Shown here: positions 19,909-29,157 of the stretch, one piece after another | How positions within the stretch are numbered: the stretch's first letter is position 1 | Layout of the letters: every line of letters begins with the position of its first letter | Sequence record: MN850578.1 | Reading direction: 5' to 3' (one strand) | DNA: 64,000 nucleotides | Source of the DNA: Escherichia phage nomo | Position numbers and translations under genes: made by a program | Notes under the pieces: generated by a model | Told to the model about the DNA's origin: nothing | Seen by the model: only the letters and a program-made list of their open reading frames with translations | Database searches by the model: none

Positions 19909-20289
19909 ATGGCTAAAGTAGGTAAGCGGGGAAACTACCTGGTGGTATTGACCGAGGAGCCGGAGAAGGAGTACGAATGCAGCTCCACTTGCGTGATCGA
20001 TATCCGAGAAAAAGATGTAGATGAAATCTGGTTTAAAATATTGGACGCTTGCGATAGCAGTGATTATTTCTTCATTTATGTCAACGATAAGGCTGGATTC
20101 TTCCATGACGACGGAGAGTTGCCGTATGAAATCTATGAACTTGTAGAGGCTTGCCATCGTGGAGATGCGGAGTTGTTTGGCCTACGGCTGAAAAGCGGTA
20201 AATTCTTCTATCAAGATGAGTGCATGAATCTTCATAACTTTGTAGAGGGAACTTGCAACGATGGAGAGATTTTGGCACACTACGATTAA
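19909..20289 (+). CDS. hypothetical protein
   Basis: Start moved to ATG (MAKVGKRG..) after aaggggg. Confidence 0.5.
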   Translation: MAKVGKRGNYLVVLTEEPEKEYECSSTCVIDIREKDVDEIWFKILDACDSSDYFFIYVNDKAGFFHDDGELPYEIYELVEACHRGDAELFGLRLKSGKFFYQDECMNLHNFVEGTCNDGEILAHYD

Positions 20290-20301
20290 TTTCTAAGACC
20301 T

Positions 20302-20329
20302 CCCCCGCTTCGGCGGGGATTTTCTATTT
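20302..20329 (+). terminator. rho-independent terminator
   Basis: ccccgc-ttcg-gcgggg hairpin then attttctattt. Confidence 0.6.
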
Positions 20330-20338
20330 GGAGTCATT

Positions 20339-20839
20339 GTGAAAATTAAGATCTTTGCTATTATTTTGAGCGCACTTTTATCGCTGCCTGTTGTTGCAGC
20401 ACCAAAACAAAAAGTATATCATACTTGCAAGCCCTCAGATACTAAGGAAAACATTCTGGCATGCAATATCTACAGGGAGGCTAGAGGGGATGGCACGATG
20501 GGTATGCTGGCATCAGGGTTTGCCACACTAAACAGGAAATCTCACCCCAAATACCCAGACACTATAAGAAAGATTGTCTACCAACCTAACCAGTTTTCGT
20601 GGACAAACCACGGCAAAACTTTTAAGGTGACAGAAAAAGATTCATGGGATCACGCTAAAAGTCTTGCAAAGATGCTTCTAAAGGTCTATAATAACAACCA
20701 TGTTGCATACATGGCTATGGACATAACAGGTGGAGCAACACACTACCATACAACCAAAGTACGACCGAAATGGGCAAAAAAGATGCAAAGGACAGCTCAA
20801 TTCGGGAGTCATATCTACTACAAGGAGCGCAATAAATGA
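20339..20839 (+). CDS. secreted SleB-like cell-wall hydrolase (putative endolysin)
   Basis: N-terminal signal-like segment; CNIYREARGDG...ATLNR...QPNQFSW matches Hydrolase_2/SleB signature; GTG start after ggag. Confidence 0.6.
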   Translation: MKIKIFAIILSALLSLPVVAAPKQKVYHTCKPSDTKENILACNIYREARGDGTMGMLASGFATLNRKSHPKYPDTIRKIVYQPNQFSWTNHGKTFKVTEKDSWDHAKSLAKMLLKVYNNNHVAYMAMDITGGATHYHTTKVRPKWAKKMQRTAQFGSHIYYKERNK

Positions 20840-22818
20840 TTGTAAACAGTAATGAAACTAAAGCAGTACTAACCGGAAATATGGAGGTCACCAGGGGCTC
20901 AATTTCTCTGAACAAAGAGACTTTTGGGCTAATCATTAAAGGGATTTACGAAGATAAGGTGCTGGCAAGCTGCCGTGAACCAATCTTCAATGCTGTGGAC
21001 TCCCATGTTGAGTCTGGACGGGGTGATGTACCGATCATCATTCACTCTCCTACAGACCTTGAACCATACTTCTTTGTGCAGGACGTTGGATTGGGCATGT
21101 CAGAAGAGATGGTCCGCAACACTTTCATGAATCTCGGGGAGTCAACCAAGCGCAACAGCAACGCTCTGGTAGGTAATAAAGGTGTTGGTTCAAAGGCTCC
21201 GTTCAGTATGGTGGACACTTTCGATGTTATCAGTGTGCACAATGGTGTTGAAAGCACATATCTATTGTTCTTGGATCAGGGTATCCCAAACGTTACCAAG
21301 ATCCGCGAGCGAAAGACTGAAGAGCACAACGGGGTAAAAGTTCAGTTCCATGTTAAGAAAGAGCATGTTCTGAAATATCGCACTGCTATTGCGTCATGCC
21401 TACGCTATGCAAAGTTTCCGTTTACCGTTACCGACCCTATGACCAGTAAGATGCTGGAAGGTGACAAGGTTGAGGCGCAGTATCGCTACGAGAAAGATGG
21501 TTGGAAAATGACTATCCTGAAAGGTTATACCAGCTCTGATGAGAGCCGTGTGGTGATGGGACACCAACCTTACCGCTCTAAGTTTCTGGAAACATTGACA
21601 GACTACCCTGCAATCTGTGTAGAGATCCCTATCGGGGATTGCAATATTAACCCTGGGCGCGAATGGACCATAGAGGGGCACGACGATGGTGGATTCCAGG
21701 ATCGCCTGGAGGCCTTTGTCAAAGAAGGTATACGTCTTCGTGGGGCAGAAGTTGTTGCGGAATTGGAGACAGCAAAAACATCCTCAGAAGCACGTGAGAT
21801 GATGAAGAACAGTGGAGTGTTCGGACACATCTTCGGCAAAAACTTTATGTGGAACCGTTGGGAAGAAACAGGGCTTGGCGACTTAGGCGATTGTGAAATT
21901 TTCGCTGGCGGCTTAAATAAAGGCCGCATAGGCTATGCTCGTTACGGAAAGTCGGAGTTCTTACGAGGTGTATACCTTGTATTTAACGACGGAGACGGCA
22001 AATATAACCGAAATAAGTGTAACTACTTAAGCGAGATCACCGGACGCAACGTTTTCTATTGCCGTAACACGGATCTGATGGAAGAGTTTAAAGAAGCGGC
22101 ACACCACCCGTTCTTTGCAGATACGGTCAAATTGTTATCAGAGCTCCCTCGCCGTCCTGTAAAGAAAGGTGAAACAAAAACTCACTATGAGCCAGGGTAT
22201 TGGGTTAAAAAACTTGAGAAAGATGGTTACTTCCGTCGTGAGCGTATTACTAAGGCAGAGTTCAAGAAGATTAAGCACTGCATTCCTTATGAGGGTGATA
22301 TCCAACGTGGAAGTTGTTGGCTGGGACAGCTAAGTAACATCTACCAGCAAAATTATGACCGTGTGCGTGCGGCACTCAAGATTCCTGAAGGGGAAGATCT
22401 GTACCTGGTATCAGAATCTCGTCTGCTTTGGACTGATCCTGATTGCCAGTATGTTACAGAGAAAAATGTGGAACATTTGTTGAAAGAGGACGCCTGGAAA
22501 TTCTTACTGACTCGCGCAGCAAATGAAACTTCATATGACAGCCTGTATAGACAATTAGGGAAAATTATCCCCATGCAAGATTTTGGAAATTATCGGCCAC
22601 ATTTCCACAAGTGGGAAGGTAACACCGCGTGGAAGCACAGTGAGCTAAATCATCGTGCCAAAATCTTAATCGCCAACCGAGTCAAGTGCGGGAAGGCCTA
22701 TATTGCAAGATTGGAAAAGAAATATCCACTTTTGAAGCATGTGGGCTTGAAATATTGGGACACTCCTGCTATGATTGAATACCGTGAACTGATCGACGCA
22801 AAGAATAACACCAAATAA
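20836..22818 (+). CDS. rIIA: rIIA-like protein (GHKL ATPase fold)
   Basis: Bergerat-fold motifs EPIFNAVDSH, VQDVGLGMS, GNKGVGSKAPFSMVDTFDVISVHNG; closely parallels recalled T4 rIIA N-terminus. Confidence 0.75.
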   Translation: MIVNSNETKAVLTGNMEVTRGSISLNKETFGLIIKGIYEDKVLASCREPIFNAVDSHVESGRGDVPIIIHSPTDLEPYFFVQDVGLGMSEEMVRNTFMNLGESTKRNSNALVGNKGVGSKAPFSMVDTFDVISVHNGVESTYLLFLDQGIPNVTKIRERKTEEHNGVKVQFHVKKEHVLKYRTAIASCLRYAKFPFTVTDPMTSKMLEGDKVEAQYRYEKDGWKMTILKGYTSSDESRVVMGHQPYRSKFLETLTDYPAICVEIPIGDCNINPGREWTIEGHDDGGFQDRLEAFVKEGIRLRGAEVVAELETAKTSSEAREMMKNSGVFGHIFGKNFMWNRWEETGLGDLGDCEIFAGGLNKGRIGYARYGKSEFLRGVYLVFNDGDGKYNRNKCNYLSEITGRNVFYCRNTDLMEEFKEAAHHPFFADTVKLLSELPRRPVKKGETKTHYEPGYWVKKLEKDGYFRRERITKAEFKKIKHCIPYEGDIQRGSCWLGQLSNIYQQNYDRVRAALKIPEGEDLYLVSESRLLWTDPDCQYVTEKNVEHLLKEDAWKFLLTRAANETSYDSLYRQLGKIIPMQDFGNYRPHFHKWEGNTAWKHSELNHRAKILIANRVKCGKAYIARLEKKYPLLKHVGLKYWDTPAMIEYRELIDAKNNTK

Positions 22819-22828
22819 GGAGACAGCT

Positions 22829-24034
22829 ATGATTTTCATCTACGAACATTTCAAAACTCGTAAAGAAGCACGCGACCGCCGTGCAGAACTTGAGAAGAAG
22901 GGTTTCACATGTGCTATTGAGAAAGGTACTACAACATGGACACTGGCAGTAGGTGCCCCAGAGCTGTTTGATCCTGACCGAGACAGTGTCTGCTATACCC
23001 GTGAGGATTTTGAAACCCGCGAAGAGGCCCGTTTATTCCGCTACGGACTGGAAGACAACGGTAAGTACGCCATGATCTTAGATTCAGGTGAAGGTTCCGT
23101 TAAACGTTGGGGCGTGGTATACCCACTGTGTGTTGTTCACGGTGTGGGGGTCACTGGGGTAGCAATCAAGTCAGAAGAACCTTTAGTAGAAGTCAAAGAT
23201 CCGGTGCTGGAAGTGGTGAGCAGTGTGTCTCAGCAACAGTCTCGAAGCATCGAGCCTTTGGTAGTTATTTGCGGGGAACTCCTCCAGATCACCTGCAACG
23301 AAGGCATTTTTGAAATTCGCCGCAGCGAAAGTGAGGAAGTTTACCAGAAAGTCTTCGACCATATTTCTGTTCAGGAATATGATGAGGCAATTGGTGAAAT
23401 CCTTGTCTGGCTGGAACGCAAGAATGAGTTCACCACACTTGCAGACAACCTGATCATGAAAGATGGTAAGCTCTACTACTACGGTGTAGAGATGCGATCC
23501 ACCATTGCAAAGAAAATTGAGGAAGATTATGTAGATGGAACACTGGACGACCGATATGTTAAATTCCTTGTCCGTCTGCTACGCAACCCGTCTGCAAAAT
23601 CTGTGAACATGCTCTACGATTTCATGCAGGCTAATGACATCCAGGTTGCAGAAGATGGTCGAATCATTTGCTATAAGGGGGTTCAGTTTAACGGGAGCAG
23701 GTGGGTGGATTGGCACAGTGGTAAAGTTCCACAATACCAGGGTGCTTTTGTGTCCATGCCTCGTAACTTTGTAGAAGATGATCCGGAAGCTGCGTGTTCT
23801 TATGGCCTGCACTGCGCCAGCAAAGAGTATGCAGCGGGCTATGGCACTGTAATGATGGTTATGGTTGACCCTGCGGATGTGGTTAGTGTGCCATACCAAC
23901 ACAACAGTGCTAAGTGCCGTGCATGCCGCTACGAAATCGTAGCAGCACCGGAATCACGCAAAGATGGCGATCCGATTGAATACGTAGTTGACCGTGATGG
24001 TAACATCATCGACATTATCTACGAGGAGGCGTAA
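22829..24034 (+). CDS. rIIB: rIIB-like protein
   Basis: C-terminal blocks LYDFMQANDIQVAEDG, CSYGLHCASKEY, DPADVVSVPYQHNSAKCRACRYEIV parallel recalled T4 rIIB; immediately downstream of rIIA. Confidence 0.75.
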   Translation: MIFIYEHFKTRKEARDRRAELEKKGFTCAIEKGTTTWTLAVGAPELFDPDRDSVCYTREDFETREEARLFRYGLEDNGKYAMILDSGEGSVKRWGVVYPLCVVHGVGVTGVAIKSEEPLVEVKDPVLEVVSSVSQQQSRSIEPLVVICGELLQITCNEGIFEIRRSESEEVYQKVFDHISVQEYDEAIGEILVWLERKNEFTTLADNLIMKDGKLYYYGVEMRSTIAKKIEEDYVDGTLDDRYVKFLVRLLRNPSAKSVNMLYDFMQANDIQVAEDGRIICYKGVQFNGSRWVDWHSGKVPQYQGAFVSMPRNFVEDDPEAACSYGLHCASKEYAAGYGTVMMVMVDPADVVSVPYQHNSAKCRACRYEIVAAPESRKDGDPIEYVVDRDGNIIDIIYEEA

Positions 24035-25404
24035 TGGAAAAAGGGCAGTATGACGTAGGCACAGATGCTGCCCTCATTGCAATCATGAGTGGTGAGAATG
24101 TCTTCGTTTCAGGACCTGCAGGTTGTGGGAAGACGTATCTCATCAACATGATCCAGTCAATGTATGGAGACTCTTGCATAACGGTTGCCCCGACAGGGGT
24201 AGCCGCTTTAAACGTTAATGGAGCAACAGCACACCGAACATTCGATCTTGCAGCAGGTGTGAGCATGGAGTCGGACTGGACCGCAATAAGGGCAAAAACA
24301 GCAAAGCCTTTGAAAAGCAAGGCATTTACCATCCTAATTATCGATGAAATCTCTATGATCCGTGCTGATAAGTTTATAGAGATGGATAGGAAACTCCGCT
24401 TCCTTCGAAAAAATGACAAACCTTTCGGAGGCATACAGGTCATATTGTTTGGCGATTTTTACCAGGCACCTCCTGTTGTCTCTTCTATGGAGAAGGAAGC
24501 CTACTTCAACTTCTACCATACGGACCTGTGTTGCTACACCGAATCTTGGAAAGAGCTTGACCTCCACAACATAGCCCTAATAGATCAGTTCCGACAGGAG
24601 TCTATTCGATTTGCCACAATGCTCAACTGTGTTCGTGAGGGTCGTCGCATAAAAGAGGTTGTAGCAGAACTTAATGCTCGCTGTTACAAAGGTGGTGTAC
24701 CAACAGATGCTCTCACAATTTGCGCCACCAACAAACAAGCAGAGGAAGTAAACAGAAGGTTCTATGATGCCATCAACGCCCCAGAGAAGGTATACACTGG
24801 TGAAATGAAGGGTAAGTTTCCCTCCACCCTGCCAGTTGAGCAGGAGATGAAGTTGAAAATTGGCATGAAAGTTATGATAACCGCCAACGATGTTGACCCG
24901 ACGCACAAAGTACCTTATTATGTTAACGGAACACGTGCCACAATTGTTAAATTTAAGAACAAGGCGGTGGTGGTAGAGCTTGAAGATGGAACACAGGTTG
25001 ACATAGAGCAGAGGTTGTGGGAGAATAACGAGTATAAGCCCTCTCAGAGATACAACATTGCAGAAAGGAAGATGGAGAAGTTTATAGAGAGGGTAGTGAT
25101 TGGGTCATACAAGCAACTTCCTCTGAAATCTGGGTACGCCGTAACATCTCATAAAAGTCAAGGACTTACGCTAGATTGTTACAACCTAGACCTTGGAAAG
25201 AACGGAGCTTTCTCTCCTGGGATGACGTATGTCGCTTTGAGTAGAGTTAAGACAATACAAGGAATAAACTTGTTGCGTCCCCTAAGAGAAGTTGACATTA
25301 TTGTTGACCCGCGAGTAGTAGAGTTTTACAATACAACATTCCCTGACTTAGACAAAATTGTCAGGAAAGATTTTGAAACCAGAGCAGAAGAGGGGGACGT
25401 ATGA
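24034..25404 (+). CDS. Dda/RecD-like SF1B DNA helicase
   Basis: Walker A VSGPAGCGKTY, IIDEISMI, FGDFYQAPPV, C-terminal VTSHKSQGLTLD. Confidence 0.7.
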   Translation: MEKGQYDVGTDAALIAIMSGENVFVSGPAGCGKTYLINMIQSMYGDSCITVAPTGVAALNVNGATAHRTFDLAAGVSMESDWTAIRAKTAKPLKSKAFTILIIDEISMIRADKFIEMDRKLRFLRKNDKPFGGIQVILFGDFYQAPPVVSSMEKEAYFNFYHTDLCCYTESWKELDLHNIALIDQFRQESIRFATMLNCVREGRRIKEVVAELNARCYKGGVPTDALTICATNKQAEEVNRRFYDAINAPEKVYTGEMKGKFPSTLPVEQEMKLKIGMKVMITANDVDPTHKVPYYVNGTRATIVKFKNKAVVVELEDGTQVDIEQRLWENNEYKPSQRYNIAERKMEKFIERVVIGSYKQLPLKSGYAVTSHKSQGLTLDCYNLDLGKNGAFSPGMTYVALSRVKTIQGINLLRPLREVDIIVDPRVVEFYNTTFPDLDKIVRKDFETRAEEGDV

Positions 25405-25742
25405 GTTTGTGGAGAAATATCGTTAACTACGTGTGTGGCAATCCGACTCCTGAAGAGAAGGATGTTGTGATTCACGATTTTACTAAAAGATCTCGTGAAA
25501 AAGATCTACTGCTAACAAAGGTGACTGATAAAGATCCTGCAGTAGGGGACTGGGCAGGTTTTGCGTTTACATCGGACAAATACACCTTTAACAAAGGTGA
25601 CTACCTTGTTGTGGATTTTAACGAAGACATTGAGGGTGCTGAACCTTACTATCAAACCCTTATTGTTGCAGGGTGTGTTAATCTCTCTGCAGGTATGCAC
25701 AGTTTGATTCTTTTTGAGCTTGACTCTGAAGACCTTGAGTAG
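25401..25742 (+). CDS. hypothetical protein
   Basis: ATGA overlap, RBS gaggggg. Confidence 0.5.
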   Translation: MSLWRNIVNYVCGNPTPEEKDVVIHDFTKRSREKDLLLTKVTDKDPAVGDWAGFAFTSDKYTFNKGDYLVVDFNEDIEGAEPYYQTLIVAGCVNLSAGMHSLILFELDSEDLE

Positions 25743-25803
25743 TAAGATGTGAGTATAAAGGGGAGGCACTCCTCCCCACAAAAACTAAGGAGAGCACCAA
25801 ACG

Positions 25804-27129
25804 ATGAGTAAAACCAAATTAGAACTAACCTGGATAGGTAAAAACGAGCGCAAAAAGTTAGAGCCGCACATTTTGTTAGAAGATTCTAGCAAGTCTTACC
25901 ACAGCCAGAAAGTGACCGAAAACGATATTTTTGATAATAAACTGATTTTTGGAGATAACTTATTAGCATTGAAGGCGCTAGAGCAAGAGTATGCAGGCAA
26001 AGTGAAGTGTGTTTACATAGACCCACCATTCAATACTGGAAGGGCTTTTGAGCACTACGATGATAGCCTTGAGCATTCCATTTGGCTGGGCTTAATGAGG
26101 GATAGGTTAGAAATAATTCGTAATCTTCTAAGTGATGATGGGGTAATATTCGTTCACTTAGATGATTGCGAAATGGCGTATTTAAAAGTTTTGATGGACG
26201 AGATTTTTGGTCGTGCAAATCAGTTAAATACCATATCGATGACCACAAATTCCCCTTCGGGATTTAAGGCAACAGGAGCCACAGTTTTCTCCACAGCAAA
26301 CTTTTTGCTTGTATATGCAAAAGATCGCACCCAGAAACCGCTTAACAAAATCTATATACCTAAAGGGTATGATACAGGATATAACAAATACCTATTAAAC
26401 CCGGATGACCATTATAAAAATTGGACGTGGTGCGGTATTGCCGATGCGTTTGCAAAGGCCAATGGCTATAAAGATGCAAAAGAGGCCAAGAAAAAACTGC
26501 CTGATACATTCGATGATGAATTAGCACAATTCGCAATTGATAATGCAGAACGTGTATTTCAATCTGTTGCAATCGGCGGTGGTGCTAAAATAAAGAGAAA
26601 AGAAACTATCGAGAAGTCAAAGAAAGATAGGGATAAGGTTTATGTACATCCAAATGAAGATGTTGAAGGATTTTATATCGTAAATGGTAGGCAAATGGTC
26701 TTTTACTCCAACAGGCTTTTGGAAATTGACGGTGATATGCAACCTGCGGAACTAATAACTGATGTTTGGACAGACATTAGTTGGAATGGAATAGCAAATG
26801 AAGGCGGCGTTAGTTTCAAAAATGGGAAAAAACCAGAAGCGCTTTTGAAGCGAATTTTCGAAATGTGTACGCGAGAAGGCGATTTGGTATTGGATTCATT
26901 CGGTGGTTCGGGAACTACTGCTGCTGTAGCTCACAAGATGAAAAGACGTTGGATCTCAATCGAGCTAGGTGATCATTGTCATACCCATATTATTCCGCGC
27001 TTGGAAAAAGTGATCGATGGTGAAGATCAAGGTGGTATTTCTAAGTCTGTAAACTGGCAAGGTGGTGGTGGCTTCCGTTATTACAAACTTGCCCCGACCT
27101 TAATTGCGAAAGATAAGTCTGATCAATAA
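25804..27129 (+). CDS. DNA methyltransferase (beta-class N6-adenine or N4-cytosine)
   Basis: Motif IV VYIDPPFNTG precedes motif I LDSFGGSGTT, the beta-class order. Confidence 0.7.
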   Translation: MSKTKLELTWIGKNERKKLEPHILLEDSSKSYHSQKVTENDIFDNKLIFGDNLLALKALEQEYAGKVKCVYIDPPFNTGRAFEHYDDSLEHSIWLGLMRDRLEIIRNLLSDDGVIFVHLDDCEMAYLKVLMDEIFGRANQLNTISMTTNSPSGFKATGATVFSTANFLLVYAKDRTQKPLNKIYIPKGYDTGYNKYLLNPDDHYKNWTWCGIADAFAKANGYKDAKEAKKKLPDTFDDELAQFAIDNAERVFQSVAIGGGAKIKRKETIEKSKKDRDKVYVHPNEDVEGFYIVNGRQMVFYSNRLLEIDGDMQPAELITDVWTDISWNGIANEGGVSFKNGKKPEALLKRIFEMCTREGDLVLDSFGGSGTTAAVAHKMKRRWISIELGDHCHTHIIPRLEKVIDGEDQGGISKSVNWQGGGGFRYYKLAPTLIAKDKSDQ

Positions 27130-27142
27130 AGAGTACAATCAA

Positions 27143-27448
27143 ATGATGAAATGTTATAAACCATACACTTTTGAAATCGATTTCGAACTTGACGATATGT
27201 TCACTGTGGAAGCTCAGGCAGTTGTCCAGTTGCCAGACCCAGAGTGCCGTGATTCTGATGTTGACTATTACGGATTTAGACAAATTACCGATGTGTATGT
27301 TTACCACAACGGTGAAGAGGTGGACTTCCACCAACTGCCAAACGATTTGCGACACTCAATTTACAAACGTGCAGCCCGTGAACTAGAGTCCTATCTGGAT
27401 GCAGCGACGACAGCAGCTGCATTTGCTGAAGAAGTGGGAGGTTTCTGA
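27143..27448 (+). CDS. hypothetical protein
   Basis: Start moved to ATG 27143 just past the methyltransferase stop. Confidence 0.45.
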   Translation: MMKCYKPYTFEIDFELDDMFTVEAQAVVQLPDPECRDSDVDYYGFRQITDVYVYHNGEEVDFHQLPNDLRHSIYKRAARELESYLDAATTAAAFAEEVGGF

Positions 27449-27846
27449 TGATTACAGGTGTGAAGGTTATCCAATACCACTTAACCAAATTGGAAGATGC
27501 TGAAAAAGAGCTTGCAGAAGTTCTGAATAGTGGATATACTTTGCTATCATGCGCCTGCTCAGACACCTACGTTGTGTGGACACTTATCCGGAAGGAAGAG
27601 CCTGCAGGGATCTTGGTGCCAAACCCTAAGATTATTAGTGAGGTGGATGACTATCCCCAGGACGGCCTGCCAGAAGGCTGGGAAGTATGGGAAGGTGGTG
27701 AAAACCCTGCACCAGGTAAGTGGGTAAAATATAAACTACGTAGTGGTGCACAGTACGCTGACTACTCCGATGACCTAGACTGGAGTCATTCTTCACCAGG
27801 ATCGTCTGCAAGTTCATATGATATCGTTGCTTTTCAGGAAGAATAA
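27448..27846 (+). CDS. hypothetical protein
   Basis: RBS gggagg. Confidence 0.5.
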   Translation: MITGVKVIQYHLTKLEDAEKELAEVLNSGYTLLSCACSDTYVVWTLIRKEEPAGILVPNPKIISEVDDYPQDGLPEGWEVWEGGENPAPGKWVKYKLRSGAQYADYSDDLDWSHSSPGSSASSYDIVAFQEE

Positions 27847-27858
27847 GGGGATAGTGTT

Positions 27859-28341
27859 ATGTCAGATTTTATGTGGAAAGTTGGTTACGCAGCTCCTGAA
27901 ATGTGTGAGGCTTGCTTTGTGAAAATAGGCCGCGAGGATATCGACAAAGTGATCCTTAAGTTTCGTGATGTGGCTGTGATCGGTAACCGAGTGCTTAAGC
28001 ACTTAAAGAATCTGAAGCTCACCAAAAAGAAGTTCTTCGGACTTTTCGAAGAGAAAGTTGATGCTTGGACCCATTGCATCCAGGAAGCTAAATCTCACTA
28101 CAGTGCTATCGTTACCCCAGAACGGGTAGCCAAGATGGAAGGACTCATCAACAGCACAGAGTTTGAGTGCCTAAAGGCTGCCCTTGATAGTTATCCGAAA
28201 TGCCTCAAGCACTTGGACAAGTATGTAGAAAAGGATGGGGAAATGTATCTCACCCTGGATGCATACTATGAGATGCAAGAAATTTTAAATTTAGATTTGA
28301 CATTGGTATCCACCGAGTATACAATAGGTATCCGGGTTTAA
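27859..28341 (+). CDS. hypothetical protein
   Basis: RBS aagggg. Confidence 0.5.
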   Translation: MSDFMWKVGYAAPEMCEACFVKIGREDIDKVILKFRDVAVIGNRVLKHLKNLKLTKKKFFGLFEEKVDAWTHCIQEAKSHYSAIVTPERVAKMEGLINSTEFECLKAALDSYPKCLKHLDKYVEKDGEMYLTLDAYYEMQEILNLDLTLVSTEYTIGIRV

Positions 28342-28348
28342 CACTAGG

Positions 28349-28375
28349 CCCTGCCCGAAAGGGTAGGGCTTTTTG
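28349..28375 (+). terminator. rho-independent terminator
   Basis: gccctgccc-gaaa-gggtagggc then ttttt; near-identical copy at 38482. Confidence 0.65.
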
Positions 28376-28392
28376 CATTAGGAGACAGCAAA

Positions 28393-29157
28393 TTGAAATT
28401 TATCTATAAAGAACACTACCACAAAGGTGTTGTGTGGAGTCTATTTGACGGATCTGGCGGTGCAGTCATTGACTGGGCAAAAGCTGGATATCTGTGCCTG
28501 TGCTTTAACGCAGAAGGTGCTGACCACGGCAGTTATGCAGAGGTGATCACCGATCATCCAAATATTCACTATGTAGATTATTGGATTGATCCATGGTTCC
28601 CTCAGGAAACTTTCTGCATGTACCCAGCTCCGGACTTTGTTCTTGCATTTCCTCCGTGCACCCACTTAGCGGTGTCAGGTGCTGCACACTTTAAGAAGAA
28701 GCTGGCTAAGGACCCGCTGATCCAAATTAATGCTGTAAAGGATGCTCGGGTTGCAGAAGAGTTGGGAGAGATTTACGATTGCCCGTGGCATGTAGAGAAT
28801 CCTGTGGGTGTTATGTCCACACTGTGGCGCAAACCTGATTACCGTTTTCACCCTTCTGACTATGGCGGGTATTTACCGGAGGATGATGTAAACCCCTGGT
28901 TTCCTGAATTTATAGCTCCACGTGATGCCTATCCAAAAATAACTTGCGGCTGGATAGGTAATGGATTTATAATCCCGGCCACAAAACCTGTCCAGCAAAT
29001 AGTTGACGCGGTTAGCGGGTATTCCATGCAACACGCCAAGCTGGGTGGAAAGAGTGCAAGAACGAAGATGATCCGAAGCCTCACACCACGTGGCTGGGCA
29101 AAAGCCGTATTCTTAGCAAACGAGCCTGTAGTAAGGAGCAGAATTAATGGGAAGTAA
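28393..29157 (+). CDS. compact C5-cytosine methyltransferase-like protein
   Basis: Motif I-like LFDGSGG, motif IV-like AFPPCTHLAVSGA with Cys, motif VI-like HVENPVG; TTG start 7 nt after aggaga; only 254 aa, no obvious target-recognition domain. Confidence 0.45.
   Translation: MKFIYKEHYHKGVVWSLFDGSGGAVIDWAKAGYLCLCFNAEGADHGSYAEVITDHPNIHYVDYWIDPWFPQETFCMYPAPDFVLAFPPCTHLAVSGAAHFKKKLAKDPLIQINAVKDARVAEELGEIYDCPWHVENPVGVMSTLWRKPDYRFHPSDYGGYLPEDDVNPWFPEFIAPRDAYPKITCGWIGNGFIIPATKPVQQIVDAVSGYSMQHAKLGGKSARTKMIRSLTPRGWAKAVFLANEPVVRSRINGK

Noticed and set aside
20836-22818. GHKL ATPase interpreted as a type II topoisomerase or Hsp90-like subunit
   Set aside because: No Toprim or GyrA-like partner nearby, and motif spacing plus the adjacent rIIB-like gene fit rIIA better.
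24015-24443. 142-aa minus-strand ORF across the rIIB/helicase junction
   Set aside because: Antisense to two well-supported genes; no RBS.
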